Source of the DNA: the human T2T-CHM13v2.0 reference genome, Homo sapiens
Strand: one strand, 5' to 3'
NCBI RefSeq assembly: GCF_009914755.1
Contig: NC_060948.1
DNA: 64,000 nucleotides
Part shown: piece after piece, positions 38,917 to 58,274 of the stretch
Layout: every line of letters starts with the position of its first letter
Numbering within the stretch: position 1 is the stretch's first letter
Notes under the pieces: generated by a model
Told to the model about the DNA's origin: nothing
The model's database searches: none
Seen by the model: the letters and a program-made list of their open reading frames with translations, nothing else
Made by a program: the position numbers and the translations under genes

Positions 38917-41021
38917 AGATCCATATTTTTTAAATGAAAAAAAATTTCAAAGGTACTCTGCTTGGTACAATAATCAAATGTATAAACTGAGGAATAAAAC
39001 ATAACCATGAAACCTACTTATAACTGCATATGGAAAATACAGAGGATAATTTTTTAAATAACATATTTTGAAAGCCTTAACTAGTAATTTGAAGAGTTGG
39101 CATTTGAAAGGCCAGTATGAATATACCTTCAAAGCAGCAACACAGGTTCCCCATGAGAAAAAGCAAACACAGGGAAAATAAAAACACAAAGGTTCAATCT
39201 CTTCTGACCTTTGAAAGACACAGCACAGACAGTGGTCCTTAGGACGAAGAGCAGGAGACCCCTAATTCCGTCACCATGGCGATAGGGCATAAACATTGCT
39301 GGGTGAGGGCACAATCCACATTGTGAGGTCCAACTGCTGCCAGGAAGACAGGAGTGCTTTTACATAGAGCGAAAGGTCATTGAAGGCTCAGAATTTTGTT
39401 TCAAGAACTGAATCCCAAGCCCACACGTTATTAGGCTGCGCTTCTTAAAACAAGTGATGAGATGGGAAAAAGGGCACCCACAAACATACGTATACATTAT
39501 GTATATAATAATATACAGTATCATATATATAATATATATAACCTATGTATAATATTGTTTTACATCCTGCATCTTATGTTATATATATTGTATAAAATAT
39601 AATAATTGATAATATATAAGTTTTATAATTATACAATATGACATATAGTATATATTATAATTTATGACATATATAATATATGTTATATATCATATATAGA
39701 ATATATTATACGGTTAATATACGTATTAAATATAAATTATACATTATATATATTATATATAATATATCTGTTATATATAATACCCATTATGCATAATATA
39801 TATATTATGTCTATGTTATATATAGTATAAAACAACATATAATAATATATAATTGTATATATAAAATGCGACATAGAATATATATTATATTTTATAACAT
39901 ATGTAATATATATTATATATTATATATAATACGTTGTATGTATAATACCTATATTAAATATATATTATATGACTATGTTATTAATTACATGTCACATGTG
40001 TTATATATTATATATTTTACATAGAATATACCGGTTACATACAATATATACTATGTTACCTATAATGTATAATTTATTACATGTAAAATAAAGAATGCAA
40101 TATATTATGTATAATTTATAATATACAATATGTGGAATGTGATATATATAACATATAATATATGATATATGATATACAGTATATGATATATAACATACAA
40201 TATATGATTCCTAATATATGTGGTATACAATATATATTTTATGATATGTATTCTATATGTTTTATATTCTGTTATATATAACTATTTGAAATTATATATA
40301 ACTGTATAATATTTTATGTAAATATGTAATATAATATATATAACTATATAATATATTATATATAACTATATATTATGTTATATATACTTTTATAACATAA
40401 TTTACATAAAATATCATAATATAATATATATTATATTATTTCATATTACATAATATATATTACATATCACCCAATATAACTAACATACATAATATTATAA
40501 TATAGATTATATTGTGTTATATTAAATATCATATATATCATGTATCATATATTCTATAATATATATTACACATTATATAATATGTATGTTGTCTATTATG
40601 TGATATATATAACTATATATATAATTATATTTTTATACATATAACTAGATAAACATGTAATTCTACATATTTTCATTTATAATATGTAGAATTATATAAT
40701 CATATATAATTATTTATATTCTATAAAAAATTTTATCATTATATAAATTATAATATATAAAAATTATAATATGTACTACAAATATATATATTATATATCA
40801 TATATGCTATAGTACCTTTGTTATATATCATAATACATATAAATGTGTATTATGTTATCTATAATTATATAATTTCATATATAAGTTGTATAATGTGTAT
40901 CATATATTATATATGTTATGTAATATATATAGTATATATAAGATGACACAGGATAAATATTATATACTATGACATATAAAATATATGAGGTTATATGTTA
41001 CATATAAGGCATAGCACATAA

Positions 41022-41336
<315 letters not shown>

Positions 41337-43441
41337 AGATCCATATTTTTTAAATGAAAAAAAATTTCAAAGGTACTCTGCTTGGTACAATAATCAAATG
41401 TATAAACTGAGGAATAAAACATAACCATGAAACCTACTTATAACTGCATATGGAAAATACAGAGGATAATTTTTTAAATAACATATTTTGAAAGCCTTAA
41501 CTAGTAATTTGAAGAGTTGGCATTTGAAAGGCCAGTATGAATATACCTTCAAAGCAGCAACACAGGTTCCCCATGAGAAAAAGCAAACACAGGGAAAATA
41601 AAAACACAAAGGTTCAATCTCTTCTGACCTTTGAAAGACACAGCACAGACAGTGGTCCTTAGGACGAAGAGCAGGAGACCCCTAATTCCGTCACCATGGC
41701 GATAGGGCATAAACATTGCTGGGTGAGGGCACAATCCACATTGTGAGGTCCAACTGCTGCCAGGAAGACAGGAGTGCTTTCACATAGAGCGAAATGTCAT
41801 TGAAGGCTCAGAGTTTTGTTTCAAGAACTGAATCCCAAGCCCACACGTTATTAGGCTGCGCTTCTTAAAACAAGTGATGAGATGGGAAAAAGGGCACCCA
41901 CAAACATACGTATACATTATGTATATAATAATATACAGTATCATATATATAATATATATAACCTATGTATAATATTGTTTTACATCCTGCATCTTATGTT
42001 ATATATATTGTATAAAATATAATAATTGATAATATATAAGTTTTATAATTATACAATATGACATATAGTATATATTATAATTTATGACATATATAATATA
42101 TGTTATATATCATATATAGAATATATTATACGGTTAATATACGTATTAAATATAAATTATACATTATATATATTATATATAATATATCTGTTATATATAA
42201 TACCCATTATGCATAATATATATATTTTGTCTATGTTATATATAGTATAAAACAACATATAATAATATATAATTGTATATATAAAATGCGACATATAATA
42301 TATATTATATTTTATAACATATGTAATATATATTATATATTATATATAATACGTTGTATGTATAATACCTATATTAAATATATATTATATGACTATGTTA
42401 TTAATTACATGTCACATGTGTTATATATTATATATTTTACATAGAATATACCGGTTACATACAATATATACTATGTTACCTATAATGTATAATTTATTAC
42501 ATGTAAAATAAAGAATGCAATATATTATGTATAATTTATAATATACAATATGTGGAATGTGATATATATAACATATAATATATGATATATGATATACAGT
42601 ATATGATATATAACATACAATATATGATTCCTAATATATGTGGTATACAATATATATTTTATGATATGTATTCTATATGTTTTATATTCTGTTATATATA
42701 ACTATTTGAAATTATATATAACTGTATAATATTTTATGTAAATATGTAATATAATATATATAACTTTATAATATATTATATATAACTATATATTATGTTA
42801 TATATACTTTTATAACATAATTTACATAAAATATCATAATATAATATATATTATATTATTTCATATTACATAATATATATTACATATCACCCAATATAAC
42901 TAACATACATAATATTATAATATAGATTATATTGTGTTATATTAAATATCATATATATCATGTATCATATATTCTATAATATATATTACACATTATATAA
43001 TATGTATGTTGTCTATTATGTGATATATATAACTATATATATAATTATATTTTTATACATATAACTAGATAAACATGTAATTCTACATATTTTCATTTAT
43101 AATATGTAGAATTATATAATCATATATAATTATTTATATTCTATAAAAAATTTTATCATTATATAAATTATAATATATAAAAATTATAATATGTACTACA
43201 AATATATATATTATATATCATATATGCTATAGTACCTTTGTTATATATCATAATACATATAAATGTGTATTATGTTATCTATAATTATATAATTTCATAT
43301 ATAAGTTGTATAATATGTATCATATATTATATATGTTATGTAATATATATAGTATATATAAGATGACACAGGATAAATATTATATACTATGACATATAAA
43401 ATATATGAGGTTATATGTTACATATAAGGCATAGCACATAA

Positions 43442-43756
<315 letters not shown>

Positions 43757-45884
43757 AGATCCATATTTTTTAAATGAAAAAAAATTTCAAAGGTACTCTG
43801 CTTGGTACAATAATCAAATGTATAAACTGAGGAATAAAACATAACCATGAAACCTACTTATAACTGCATATGGAAAATACAGAGGATAATTTTTTAAATA
43901 ACATATTTTGAAAGCCTTAACTAGTAATTTGAAGAGTTGGCATTTGAAAGGCCAGTATGAATATACCTTCAAAGCAGCAACACAGGTTCCCCATGAGAAA
44001 AAGCAAACACAGGGAAAATAAAAACACAAAGGTTCAATCTCTTCTGACCTTTGAAAGACACAGCACAGACAGTGGTCCTTAGGACGAAGAGCAGGAGACC
44101 CCTAATTCCGTCACCATGGCGATACGGCATAAACATTGCTGGGTGAGGGCACAATCCACATTGTGAGGTCCAACTGCTGCCAGGAAGACAGGAGTGCTTT
44201 TACATAGAGCGAAAGGTCATTGAAGGCTCAGAGTTTTGTTTCAAGAACTGAATCCCAAGCCCACACGTTATTAGGCTGCGCTTCTTAAAACAAGTTATGA
44301 GATGGGAAAAAGGGCACCCACAAACATACGTATACATTATGTATATAATAATATACAGTATCATATATATAATATATATAACCTATGTATAATATTGTTT
44401 TACATCCTGCATCTTATGTTATATATATTGTATAAAATATAATAATTGATAATATATAAGTTTTATAATTATACAATATGACATATAGTATATATTATAA
44501 TTTATGACATATATAATATATGTTATATATCATATATAGAATATATTATACGGTTAATATACGTATTAAATATAAATTATACATTATATATATTATATAT
44601 AATATATCTGTTATATATAATACCCATTATGCATAATATATATATTATGTCTATGTTATATATAGTATAAAACAACATATAATAATATATAATTGTATAT
44701 ATAAAATGCGACATAGAATATATATTATATTTTATAACATATGTAATATATATTATATATTATATATAATACGTTGTATGTATAATACCTATATTAAATA
44801 TATATTATATGACTATGTTATTAATTACATGTCACATGTGTTATATATTATATATTTTACATAGAATATACCAGTTACATACAATATATACTATGTTACC
44901 TATAATGTATAATTTATTACATGTAAAATAAAGAATGCAATATATTATGTATAATTTATAATATACAATATGTGGAATGTGATATATATAACATATAATA
45001 TATGATATATGATATACAGTATATGATATATAACATACAATATATGATTCCTAATATATGTGGTATACAATATATATTTTATGATATGTATTCTATATGT
45101 TTTATATTCTGTTATATATAACTATTTGAAATTATATATAACTGTATAATATTTTATGTAAATATGTAATATAATATATATAACTATATAATATACTATA
45201 TATAACTATATATTATGTTATATATACTTTTATAACATAATTTACATAAAATATCATAATATAATATATATTATATTATTTCATATTACATAATATATAT
45301 TACATATCACCCAATATAACTAACATACATAATATTATAATATAGATTATATTGTGTTATATTAAATATCATATATATCATGTATCATATATTCTATAAT
45401 ATATATTACACATTATATAATATGTATGTTGTCTATTATGTGATATATATAACTATATATATAATTATATTTTTATACATATAACTAGATAAACATGTAA
45501 TTCTACATATTTTCATTTATAATATGTAGAATTATATAATCATATATAATTATTTATATTCTATAAAAAATTTTATCATTATATAAATTATAATATATAA
45601 AAATTATAATATGTACTACAAATATATATATTATATATCATATATGCTATAGTACCTTTGTTATATATCATAATACATATAAATGTGTATTATGTTATCT
45701 ATAATTATATAATTTCATATATAAGTTGTATAATATGTATCATATATTATATATGTTATGTAATATATATAGTATATATAAGATGACACAGGATAAATAT
45801 TATATACTATGACATATAAAATATATGAGGTTATATGTTACATATAAGGCATAGCACATAACATGTAATATATAACATATATAA

Positions 45885-46176
45885 TTTTTTTTTAGACAGA
45901 ATCTTGTCCTGTTGCACAGGGTGGGGTACAATGGCGCCATCTTTGCTCACTGCAACTTCTGCCTCACGGGTCCAAGCGATTGTCCTCCCTCAGCCTCCCA
46001 GGTAGCTGGGACTACACCACACTGGGACTACACCAGCTGCCACCATGCCTAGCTAATTTTTTGGATTTTTAGTAGTGACAGCGTTTCACTGTATTGGCCA
46101 GGATGGTCTTGATCTCTTCACCTTGTGATCCCCTTGCCTTGGCCTCCAAATTTGCTGGGATTACAGGCCTGAGCCA
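45885..46176 (-). mobile_element. Diverged Alu, U20
   Basis: Copy of U2 Alu. Confidence 0.95.
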
Positions 46177-48281
46177 AGATCCATATTTTTTAAATGAAAA
46201 AAAATTTCAAAGGTACTCTGCTTGGTACAATAATCAAATGTATAAACTGAGGAATAAAACATAACCATGAAACCTACTTATAACTGCATATGGAAAATAC
46301 AGAGGATAATTTTTTAAATAACATATTTTGAAAGCCTTAACTAGTAATTTGAAGAGTTGGCATTTGAAAGGCCAGTATGAATATACCTTCAAAGCAGCAA
46401 CACAGGTTCCCCATGAGAAAAAGCAAACACAGGGAAAATAAAAACACAAAGGTTCAATCTCTTCTGACCTTTGAAAGACACAGCACAGACAGTGGTCCTT
46501 AGGACGAAGAGCAGGAGACCCCTAATTCCGTCACCATGGCGATAGGGCATAAACATTGCTGGGTGAGGGCACAATCCACATTGTGAGGTCCAACTGCTGC
46601 CAGGAAGACAGGAGTGCTTTTACATAGAGCGAAAGGTCATTGAAGGCTCAGAGTTTTGTTTCAAGAACTGAATCCCAAGCCCACACGTTATTAGGCTGCG
46701 CTTCTTAAAACAAGTTATGAGATGGGAAAAAGGGCACCCACAAACATACGTATACATTATGTATATAATAATATACAGTATCATATATATAATATATATA
46801 ACCTATGTATAATATTGTTTTACATCCTGCATCTTATGTTATATATATTGTATAAAATATAATAATTGATAATATATAAGTTTTATAATTATACAATATG
46901 ACATATAGTATATATTATAATTTATGACATATATAATATATGTTATATATCATATATAGAATATATTATACGGTTAATATACGTATTAAATATAAATTAT
47001 ACATTATATATATTATATATAATATATCTGTTATATATAATACCCATTATGCATAATATATATATTATGTCTATGTTATATATAGTATAAAACAACATAT
47101 AATAATATATAATTGTATATATAAAATGCGACATAGAATATATATTATATTTTATAACATATGTAATATATATTATATATTATATATAATACGTTGTATG
47201 TATAATACCTATATTAAATATATATTATATGACTATGTTATTAATTACATGTCACATGTGTTATATATTATATATTTTACATAGAATATACCGGTTACAT
47301 ACAATATATACTATGTTACCTATAATGTATAATTTATTACATGTAAAATAAAGAATGCAATATATTATGTATAATTTATAATATACAATATGTGGAATGT
47401 GATATATATAACATATAATATATGATATATGATATACAGTATATGATATATAACATACAATATATGATTCCTAATATATGTGGTATACAATATATATTTT
47501 ATGATATGTATTCTATATGTTTTATATTCTGTTATATATAACTATTTGAAATTATATATAACTGTATAATATTTTATGTAAATATGTAATATAATATATA
47601 TAACTATATAATATATTATATATAACTATATATTATGTTATATATACTTTTATAACATAATTTACATAAAATATCATAATATAATATGTATTATATGATT
47701 TCATATTACATAATATATATTACATATCACCCAATATAACTAACATACATAATATTATAATATAGATTATATTGTGTTATATTAAATATCATATATATCA
47801 TGTATCATATATTCTATAATATATATTACACATTATATAATATGTATGTTGTCTATTATGTGATATATATAACTATATATATAATTATATTTTTATACAT
47901 ATAACTAGATAAACATGTAATTCTACATATTTTCATTTATAATATGTAGAATTATATAATCATATATAATTATTTATATTCTATAAAAAATTTTATCATT
48001 ATATAAATTATAATATATAAAAATTATAATATGTACTACAAATATATATATTATATATCATATATGCTATAGTACCTTTGTTATATATCATAATACATAT
48101 AAATGTGTATTATGTTATCTATAATTATATAATTTCATATATAAGTTGTATAATATGTATCATATATTATATATGTTATGTAATATATATAGTATATATA
48201 AGATGACACAGGATAAATATTATATACTATGACATATAAAATATATGAGGTTATATGTTACATATAAGGCATAGCACATAA

Positions 48282-48596
<315 letters not shown>

Positions 48597-50701
48597 AGAT
48601 CCATATTTTTTAAATGAAAAAAAATTTCAAAGGTACTCTGCTTGGTACAATAATCAAATGTATAAACTGAGGAATAAAACATAACCATGAAACCTACTTA
48701 TAACTGCATATGGAAAATACAGAGGATAATTTTTTAAATAACATATTTTGAAAGCCTTAACTAGTAATTTGAAGAGTTGGCATTTGAAAGGCCAGTATGA
48801 ATATACCTTCAAAGCAGCAACACAGGTTCCCCATGAGGAAAAGCAAACACAGGGAAAATAAAAACACAAAGGTTCAATCTCTTCTGACCTTTGAAAGACA
48901 CAGCACAGACAGTGGTCCTTAGGACGAAGAGCAGGAGACCCCTAATTCCGTCACCATGGCGATAGGGCATAAACATTGCTGGGTGAGGGCACAATCCACA
49001 TTGTGAGGTCCAACTGCTGCCAGGAAGACAGGAGTGCTTTTACATAGAGCGAAAGGTCATTGAAGGCTCAGAGTTTTGTTTCAAGAACTGAATCCCAAGC
49101 CCACACGTTATTAGGCTGCGCTTCTTAAAACAAGTTATGAGATGGGAAAAAGGGCACCCACAAACATACGTATACATTATGTATATAATAATATACAGTA
49201 TCATATATATAATATATATAACCTATGTATAATATTGTTTTACATCCTGCATCTTATGTTATATATATTGTATAAAATATAATAATTGATAATATATAAG
49301 TTTTATAATTATACAATATGACATATAGTATATATTATAATTTATGACATATATAATATATGTTATATATCATATATAGAATATATTATACGGTTAATAT
49401 ACGTATTAAATATAAATTATACATTATATATATTATATATAATATATCTGTTATATATAATACCCATTATGCATAATATATATATTATGTCTATGTTATA
49501 TATAGTATAAAACAACATATAATAATATATAATTGTATATATAAAATGCGACATATAATATATATTATATTTTATAACATATGTAATATATATTATATAT
49601 TATATATAATACGTTGTATGTATAATACCTATATTAAATATATATTATATGACTATGTTATTAATTACATGTCACATGTGTTATATATTATATATTTTAC
49701 ATAGAATATACCGGTTACATACAATATATACTATGTTACCTATAATGTATAATTTATTACATGTAAAATAAAGAATGCAATATATTATGTATAATTTATA
49801 ATATACAATATGTGGAATGTGATATATATAACATATAATATATGATATATGATATACAGTATATGATATATAACATACAATATATGATTCCTAATATATG
49901 TGGTATACAATATATATTTTATGATATGTATTCTATATGTTTTATATTCTGTTATATATAACTATTTGAAATTATATATAACTGTATAATATTTTATGTA
50001 AATATGTAATATAATATATATAACTATATAATATATTATATATAACTATATATTATGTTATATATACTTTTATAACATAATTTACATAAAATATCATAAT
50101 ATAATATGTATTATATGATTTCATATTACATAATATATATTACATATCACCCAATATAACTAACATACATAATATTATAATATAGATTATATTGTGTTAT
50201 ATTAAATATCATATATATCATGTATCATATATTCTATAATATATATTACACATTATATAATATGTATGTTGTCTATTATGTGATATATATAACTATATAT
50301 ATAATTATATTTTTATACATATAACTAGATAAACATGTAATTCTACATATTTTCATTTATAATATGTAGAATTATATAATCATATATAATTATTTATATT
50401 CTATAAAAAATTTTATCATTATATAAATTATAATATATAAAAATTATAATATGTACTACAAATATATATATTATATATCATATATGCTATAGTACCTTTG
50501 TTATATATCATAATACATATAAATGTGTATTATGTTATCTATAATTATATAATTTCATATATAAGTTGTATAATATGTATCATATATTATATATGTTATG
50601 TAATATATATAGTATATATAAGATGACACAGGATAAATATTATATACTATGACATATAAAATATATGAGGTTATATGTTACATATAAGGCATAGCACATA
50701 A

Positions 50702-51016
<315 letters not shown>

Positions 51017-53119
51017 AGATCCATATTTTTTAAATGAAAAAAAATTTCAAAGGTACTCTGCTTGGTACAATAATCAAATGTATAAACTGAGGAATAAAAC
51101 ATAACCATGAAACCTACTTATAACTGCATATGGAAAATACAGAGGATAATTTTTTAAATAACATATTTTGAAAGCCTTAACTAGTAATTTGAAGAGTTGG
51201 CATTTGAAAGGCCAGTATGAATATACCTTCAAAGCAGCAACACAGGTTCCCCATGAGAAAAAGCAAACACAGGGAAAATAAAAACACAAAGGTTCAATCT
51301 CTTCTGACCTTTGATAGACACAGCACAGACAGTGGTCCTTAGGACGAAGAGCAGGAGACCCCTAATTCCGTCACCATGGCGATAGGGCATAAACATTGCT
51401 GGGTGAGGGCACAATCCACATTTTGAGGTCCAACGGCTGCCAGGAAGACAGGAGTGCTTTTACATAGAGCGAAAGGTCATTGAAGGCTCAGAGTTTTGTT
51501 TCAAGAACTGAATCCCAAGCCCACACGTCATTAGGCTGCGTTTCTTAAAACAAGTTATGAGATGGGAAAAAGGGCACCCACAAACATACGTATACATTAT
51601 GTATATAATAATATACAGTATCATATATATAATATATATAACCTATGTATAATATTGTTTTACATCCTGCATCTTATGTTATATATATTGTATAAAATAT
51701 AATAATTGATAATATATAAGTTTTATAATTATACAATATGACATATAGTATATATTATAATTTATGACATATATAATATATGTTATATATCATATATAGA
51801 ATATATTATACGGTTAATATACGTATTAAATATAAATTATACATTATATATATTATATATAATATATCTGTTATATATAATACCCATTATGCATAATATA
51901 TATATTATGTCTATGTTATATATAGTATAAAACAACATATAATAATATATAATTGTATATATAAAATGCGACATATAATATATATTATATTTTATATCAT
52001 ATGTAATATATATTATATATTATATATAATAAGTTGTATGTATAATACCTATATTAAATATATATTATATGACTATGTTATTAATTACATGTCACATGTG
52101 TTATATATTATATATTTTACATAGAATATACCGGTTACATACAATATATACTATGTTACCTATAATGTATAATTTATTACATGTAAAATAAAGAATGCAA
52201 TATATTATGTATAATTTATAATATACAATATGTGGAATGTGATATATATAACATATAATATATGATATATGATATACAGTATATGATATATAACATACAA
52301 TATATGATTCCTAATATATATGGTATACAATATATATTTTATGATATGTATTCTATATGTTTTATATTCTGTTATATATAACTATTTGAAATTATATATA
52401 ACTGTATAATATTTTATGTAAATATGTAATATAATATATATAACTATATAATATATTATATATAACTATATATTATGTTATATATACTTTTATAACATAA
52501 TTTACATGAAATATCATAATATAATATATATTATATTATTTCATATTACGTAATATATATTACATATCACCCAATATAACTAACATACATAATATTATAA
52601 TATAGATTATATTGTGTTATATTAAATATCATATATATCATGTATCATATATTCTATAATATATATTACACATTATATAATATGTATGTTGTCTATTATG
52701 TGATATATATAACTATATATAATTATATTTTTATACATATAACTAGATAAACATGTAATTCTACATATTTTCATTTATAATATGTAGAATTATATAATCA
52801 TATATAATTATTTATATTCTATAAAAAATTTTATCATTATATAAATTATAATATATAAAAATTATAATATGTACTACAAATATATATATTATATATCATA
52901 TATGATATAGTACCTTTGTTATATTTCATAATACATATAAATGTGTATTATGTTATCTATAATTATATAATTTCATATATTAGATGTATAATATGTATCA
53001 TATATTATATATGTTATGTAATATATATAGTATATATAAGATGACACAGGATAAATATTATATACTATGACATATAAAATATATGAGGTTATATGTTACA
53101 TATAAGGCATAGCACATAA

Positions 53120-53434
<315 letters not shown>

Positions 53435-55539
53435 AGATCCATATTTTTTAAATGAAAAAAAATTTCAAAGGTACTCTGCTTGGTACAATAATCAAATGTA
53501 TATACTGAGGAATAAAACATAACCATGAAACCTACTTATAACTGCATATGGAAAATACAGAGGATAATTTTTTAAATAACATATTTTGAAAGCCTTAACT
53601 AGTAATTTGAAGAGTTGGCATTTGAAAGGCCAGTATGAATATACCTTCAAAGCAGCAACACAGGTTCCCCATGAGAAAAAGCAAACACAGGGAAAATAAA
53701 AACACAAAGGTTCAATCTCTTCTGACCTTTGAAAGACACAGCACAGACAGTGGTCCTTAGGACGAAGAGCAGGAGACCCCTAATTCCGTCACCATGGCGA
53801 TAGGGCATAAACATTGCTGGGTGAGGGCACAATCCACATTGTGAGGTCCAACTGCTGCCAGGAAGACAGGAGTGCTTTTACATAGACCGAAAGGTCATTG
53901 AAGGCTCAGAGTTTTGTTTCAAGAACTGAATCCCAAGCCCACACGTTATTAGGCTGCGCTTCTTAAAACAAGTTATGAGATGGGAAAAAGGGCACCCACA
54001 AACATACGTATACATTATGTATATAATAATATACAGTATCATATATATAATATATATAACCTATGTATAATATTGTTTTACATCCTGCATCTTATGTTAT
54101 ATATATTGTATAAAATATAATAATTGATAATATATAAGTTTTATAATTATACAATATGACATATAGTATATATTATAATTTATGACATATATAATATATG
54201 TTATATATCATATATAGAATATATTATACGGTTAATATACGTATTAAATATAAATTATACATTATATATATTATATATAATATATCTGTTATATATAATA
54301 CCCATTATGCATAATATATATATTATGTCTATGTTATATATAGTATAAAACAACATATAATAATATATAATTGTATATATAAAATGCGACATATAATATA
54401 TATTATATTTTATAACATATGTAATATATATTATATATTATATATAATACGTTGTATGTATAATACCTTTATTAAATATATATTATATGACTATGTTATT
54501 AATTACATGTCACATGTGTTATATATTATATATTTTACATAGAATATACCGGTTACATACAATATATACTATGTTACCTATAATGTATAATTTATTACAT
54601 GTAAAATAAAGAATGCAATATATTATGTATAATTTATAATATACAATATGTGGAATGTGATATATATAACATATAATATATGATATATGATATACAGTAT
54701 ATGATATATAACATACAATATATGATTCCTAATATATGTGGTATACAATATATATTTTATGATATGTATTCTATATGTTTTATATTCTGTTATATATAAC
54801 TATTTGAAATTATATATAACTGTATAATATTTTATGTAAATATGTAATATAATATATATAACTATATAATATATTATATATAACTATATATTATGTTATA
54901 TATACTTTTATAACATAGTTTACATAAAATATCATAATATAATATATATTATATTATTTCATATTACATAATATATATTACATATCACCCAATATAACTA
55001 ACATACATAATATTATAATATAGATTATATTGTGTTATATTAAATATCATATATATCATGTATCATATATTCTATAATATATATTACACATTATATAATA
55101 TGTATGTTGTCTATTATGTGATATATATAACTATATATATAATTATATTTTTATACATATAACTAGATAAACATGTAATTCTACATATTTTCATTTATAA
55201 TATGTAGAATTATATAATCATATATAATTATTTATATTCTATAAAAAATTTTATCATTATATAAATTATAATATATAAAAATTATAATATGTACTACAAA
55301 TATATATATTATATATCATATATGCTATAGTACCTTTGTTATATATCATAATACATATAAATGTGTATTATGTTATCTATAATTATATAATTTCATATAT
55401 AAGTTGTATAATATGTATCATATATTATATATGTTATGTAATATATATAGTATATATAAGATGACACAGGATAAATATTATATACTATGACATATAAAAT
55501 ATATGAGGTTATATGTTACATATAAGGCATAGCACATAA

Positions 55540-55854
<315 letters not shown>

Positions 55855-57959
55855 AGATCCATATTTTTTAAATGAAAAAAAATTTCAAAGGTACTCTGCT
55901 TGGTACAATAATCAAATGTATAAACTGAGGAATAAAACATAACCATGAAACCTACTTATAACTGCATATGGAAAATACAGAGGATAATTTTTTAAATAAC
56001 ATATTTTGAAAGCCTTAACTAGTAATTTGAAGAGTTGGCATTTGAAAGGCCAGTATGAATATACCTTCAAAGCAGCAACACAGGTTCCCCATGAGAAAAA
56101 GCAAACACAGGGAAAATAAAAACACAAAGGTTCAATCTCTTCTGACCTTTGAAAGACACAGCACAGACAGTGGTCCTTAGGACGAAGAGCAGGAGACCCC
56201 TAATTCCGTCACCATGGCGATAGGGCATAAACATTGCTGGGTGAGGGCACAATCCACATTGTGAGGTCCAACTGCTGCCAGGAAGACAGGAGTGCTTTTA
56301 CATAGACCGAAAGGTCATTGAAGGCTCAGAGTTTTGTTTCAAGAACTGAATCCCAAGCCCACACGTTATTAGGCTGCGCTTCTTAAAACAAGTTATGAGA
56401 TGGGAAAAAGGGCACCCACAAACATACGTATACATTATGTATATAATAATATACAGTATCATATATATAATATATATAACCTATGTATAATATTGTTTTA
56501 CATCCTGCATCTTATGTTATATATATTGTATAAAATATAATAATTGATAATATATAAGTTTTATATTTATACAATATGACATATAGTATATATTATAATT
56601 TATGACATATATAATATATGTTATATATCATATATAGAATATATTATACGGTTAATATACGTATTAAATATAAATTATACATTATATATATTATATATAA
56701 TATATCTGTTATATATAATACCCATTATGCATAATATATATATTATGTCTATGTTATATATAGTATAAAACAACATATAATAATATATAATTGTATATAT
56801 AAAATGCGACATACAATATATATTATATTTTATATCATATGTAATATATATTATATATTATATATAATAAGTTGTATGTATAATACCTATATTAAATATA
56901 TATTATATGACTATGTTATTAATTACATGTCACATGTGTTATATATTATATATTTTACATAGAATATACCGGTTACATACAATATATACTATGTTACCTA
57001 TAATGTATAATTTATTACATGTAAAATAAAGAATGCAATATATTATGTATAATTCATAATATACCATATGTGGAATGTGATATATATAACATATAATATA
57101 TGATATATGATATACAGTATATGATATATAACATACAATATATGATTCCTAATATATATGGTATACAATATATATTTTATGATATGTATTCTATATGTTT
57201 TATATTCTGTTATATATAACTATTTGAAATTATATATAACTGTATAATATTTTATGTAAATATGTAATATAATATATATAACTATATAATATATTTTATA
57301 TAACTATATATTATGTTATATATACTTTTATAACATAATTTACATAAAATATCATAATATAATATATATTATATTATTTCATATTACATAATATATATTA
57401 CATATCACCCAATATAACTAACATACATAATATTATAATATAGATTATATTGTGTTATATTAAATATCATATATATCATGTATCATATATTCTATAATAT
57501 ATATTACACATTATATAATATGTATGTTGTCTATTATGTGATATATATAACTATATATATAATTATATTTTTATACATATAACTAGATAAACATGTAATT
57601 CTACATATTTTCATTTATAATATGTAGAATTATATAATCATATATAATTATTTATATTCTATAAAAAATTTTATCATTATATAAATTATAATATATAAAA
57701 ATTATAATATGTACTACAAATATATATATTATATATCATATATGATATAGTACTATTGTTATATTTCATAATACATATAAATGTGTATTATGTTATCTAT
57801 AATTATATAATTTCATATATAAGATGTATAATATGTATCATAAATTATATATGTTATGTAATATATATAGTATATATAAGATGACACAGGATAAATATTA
57901 TATACTATGACATATAAAATATATGAGGTTATATGTTACATATAAGGCATAGCACATAA

Positions 57960-58274
<315 letters not shown>
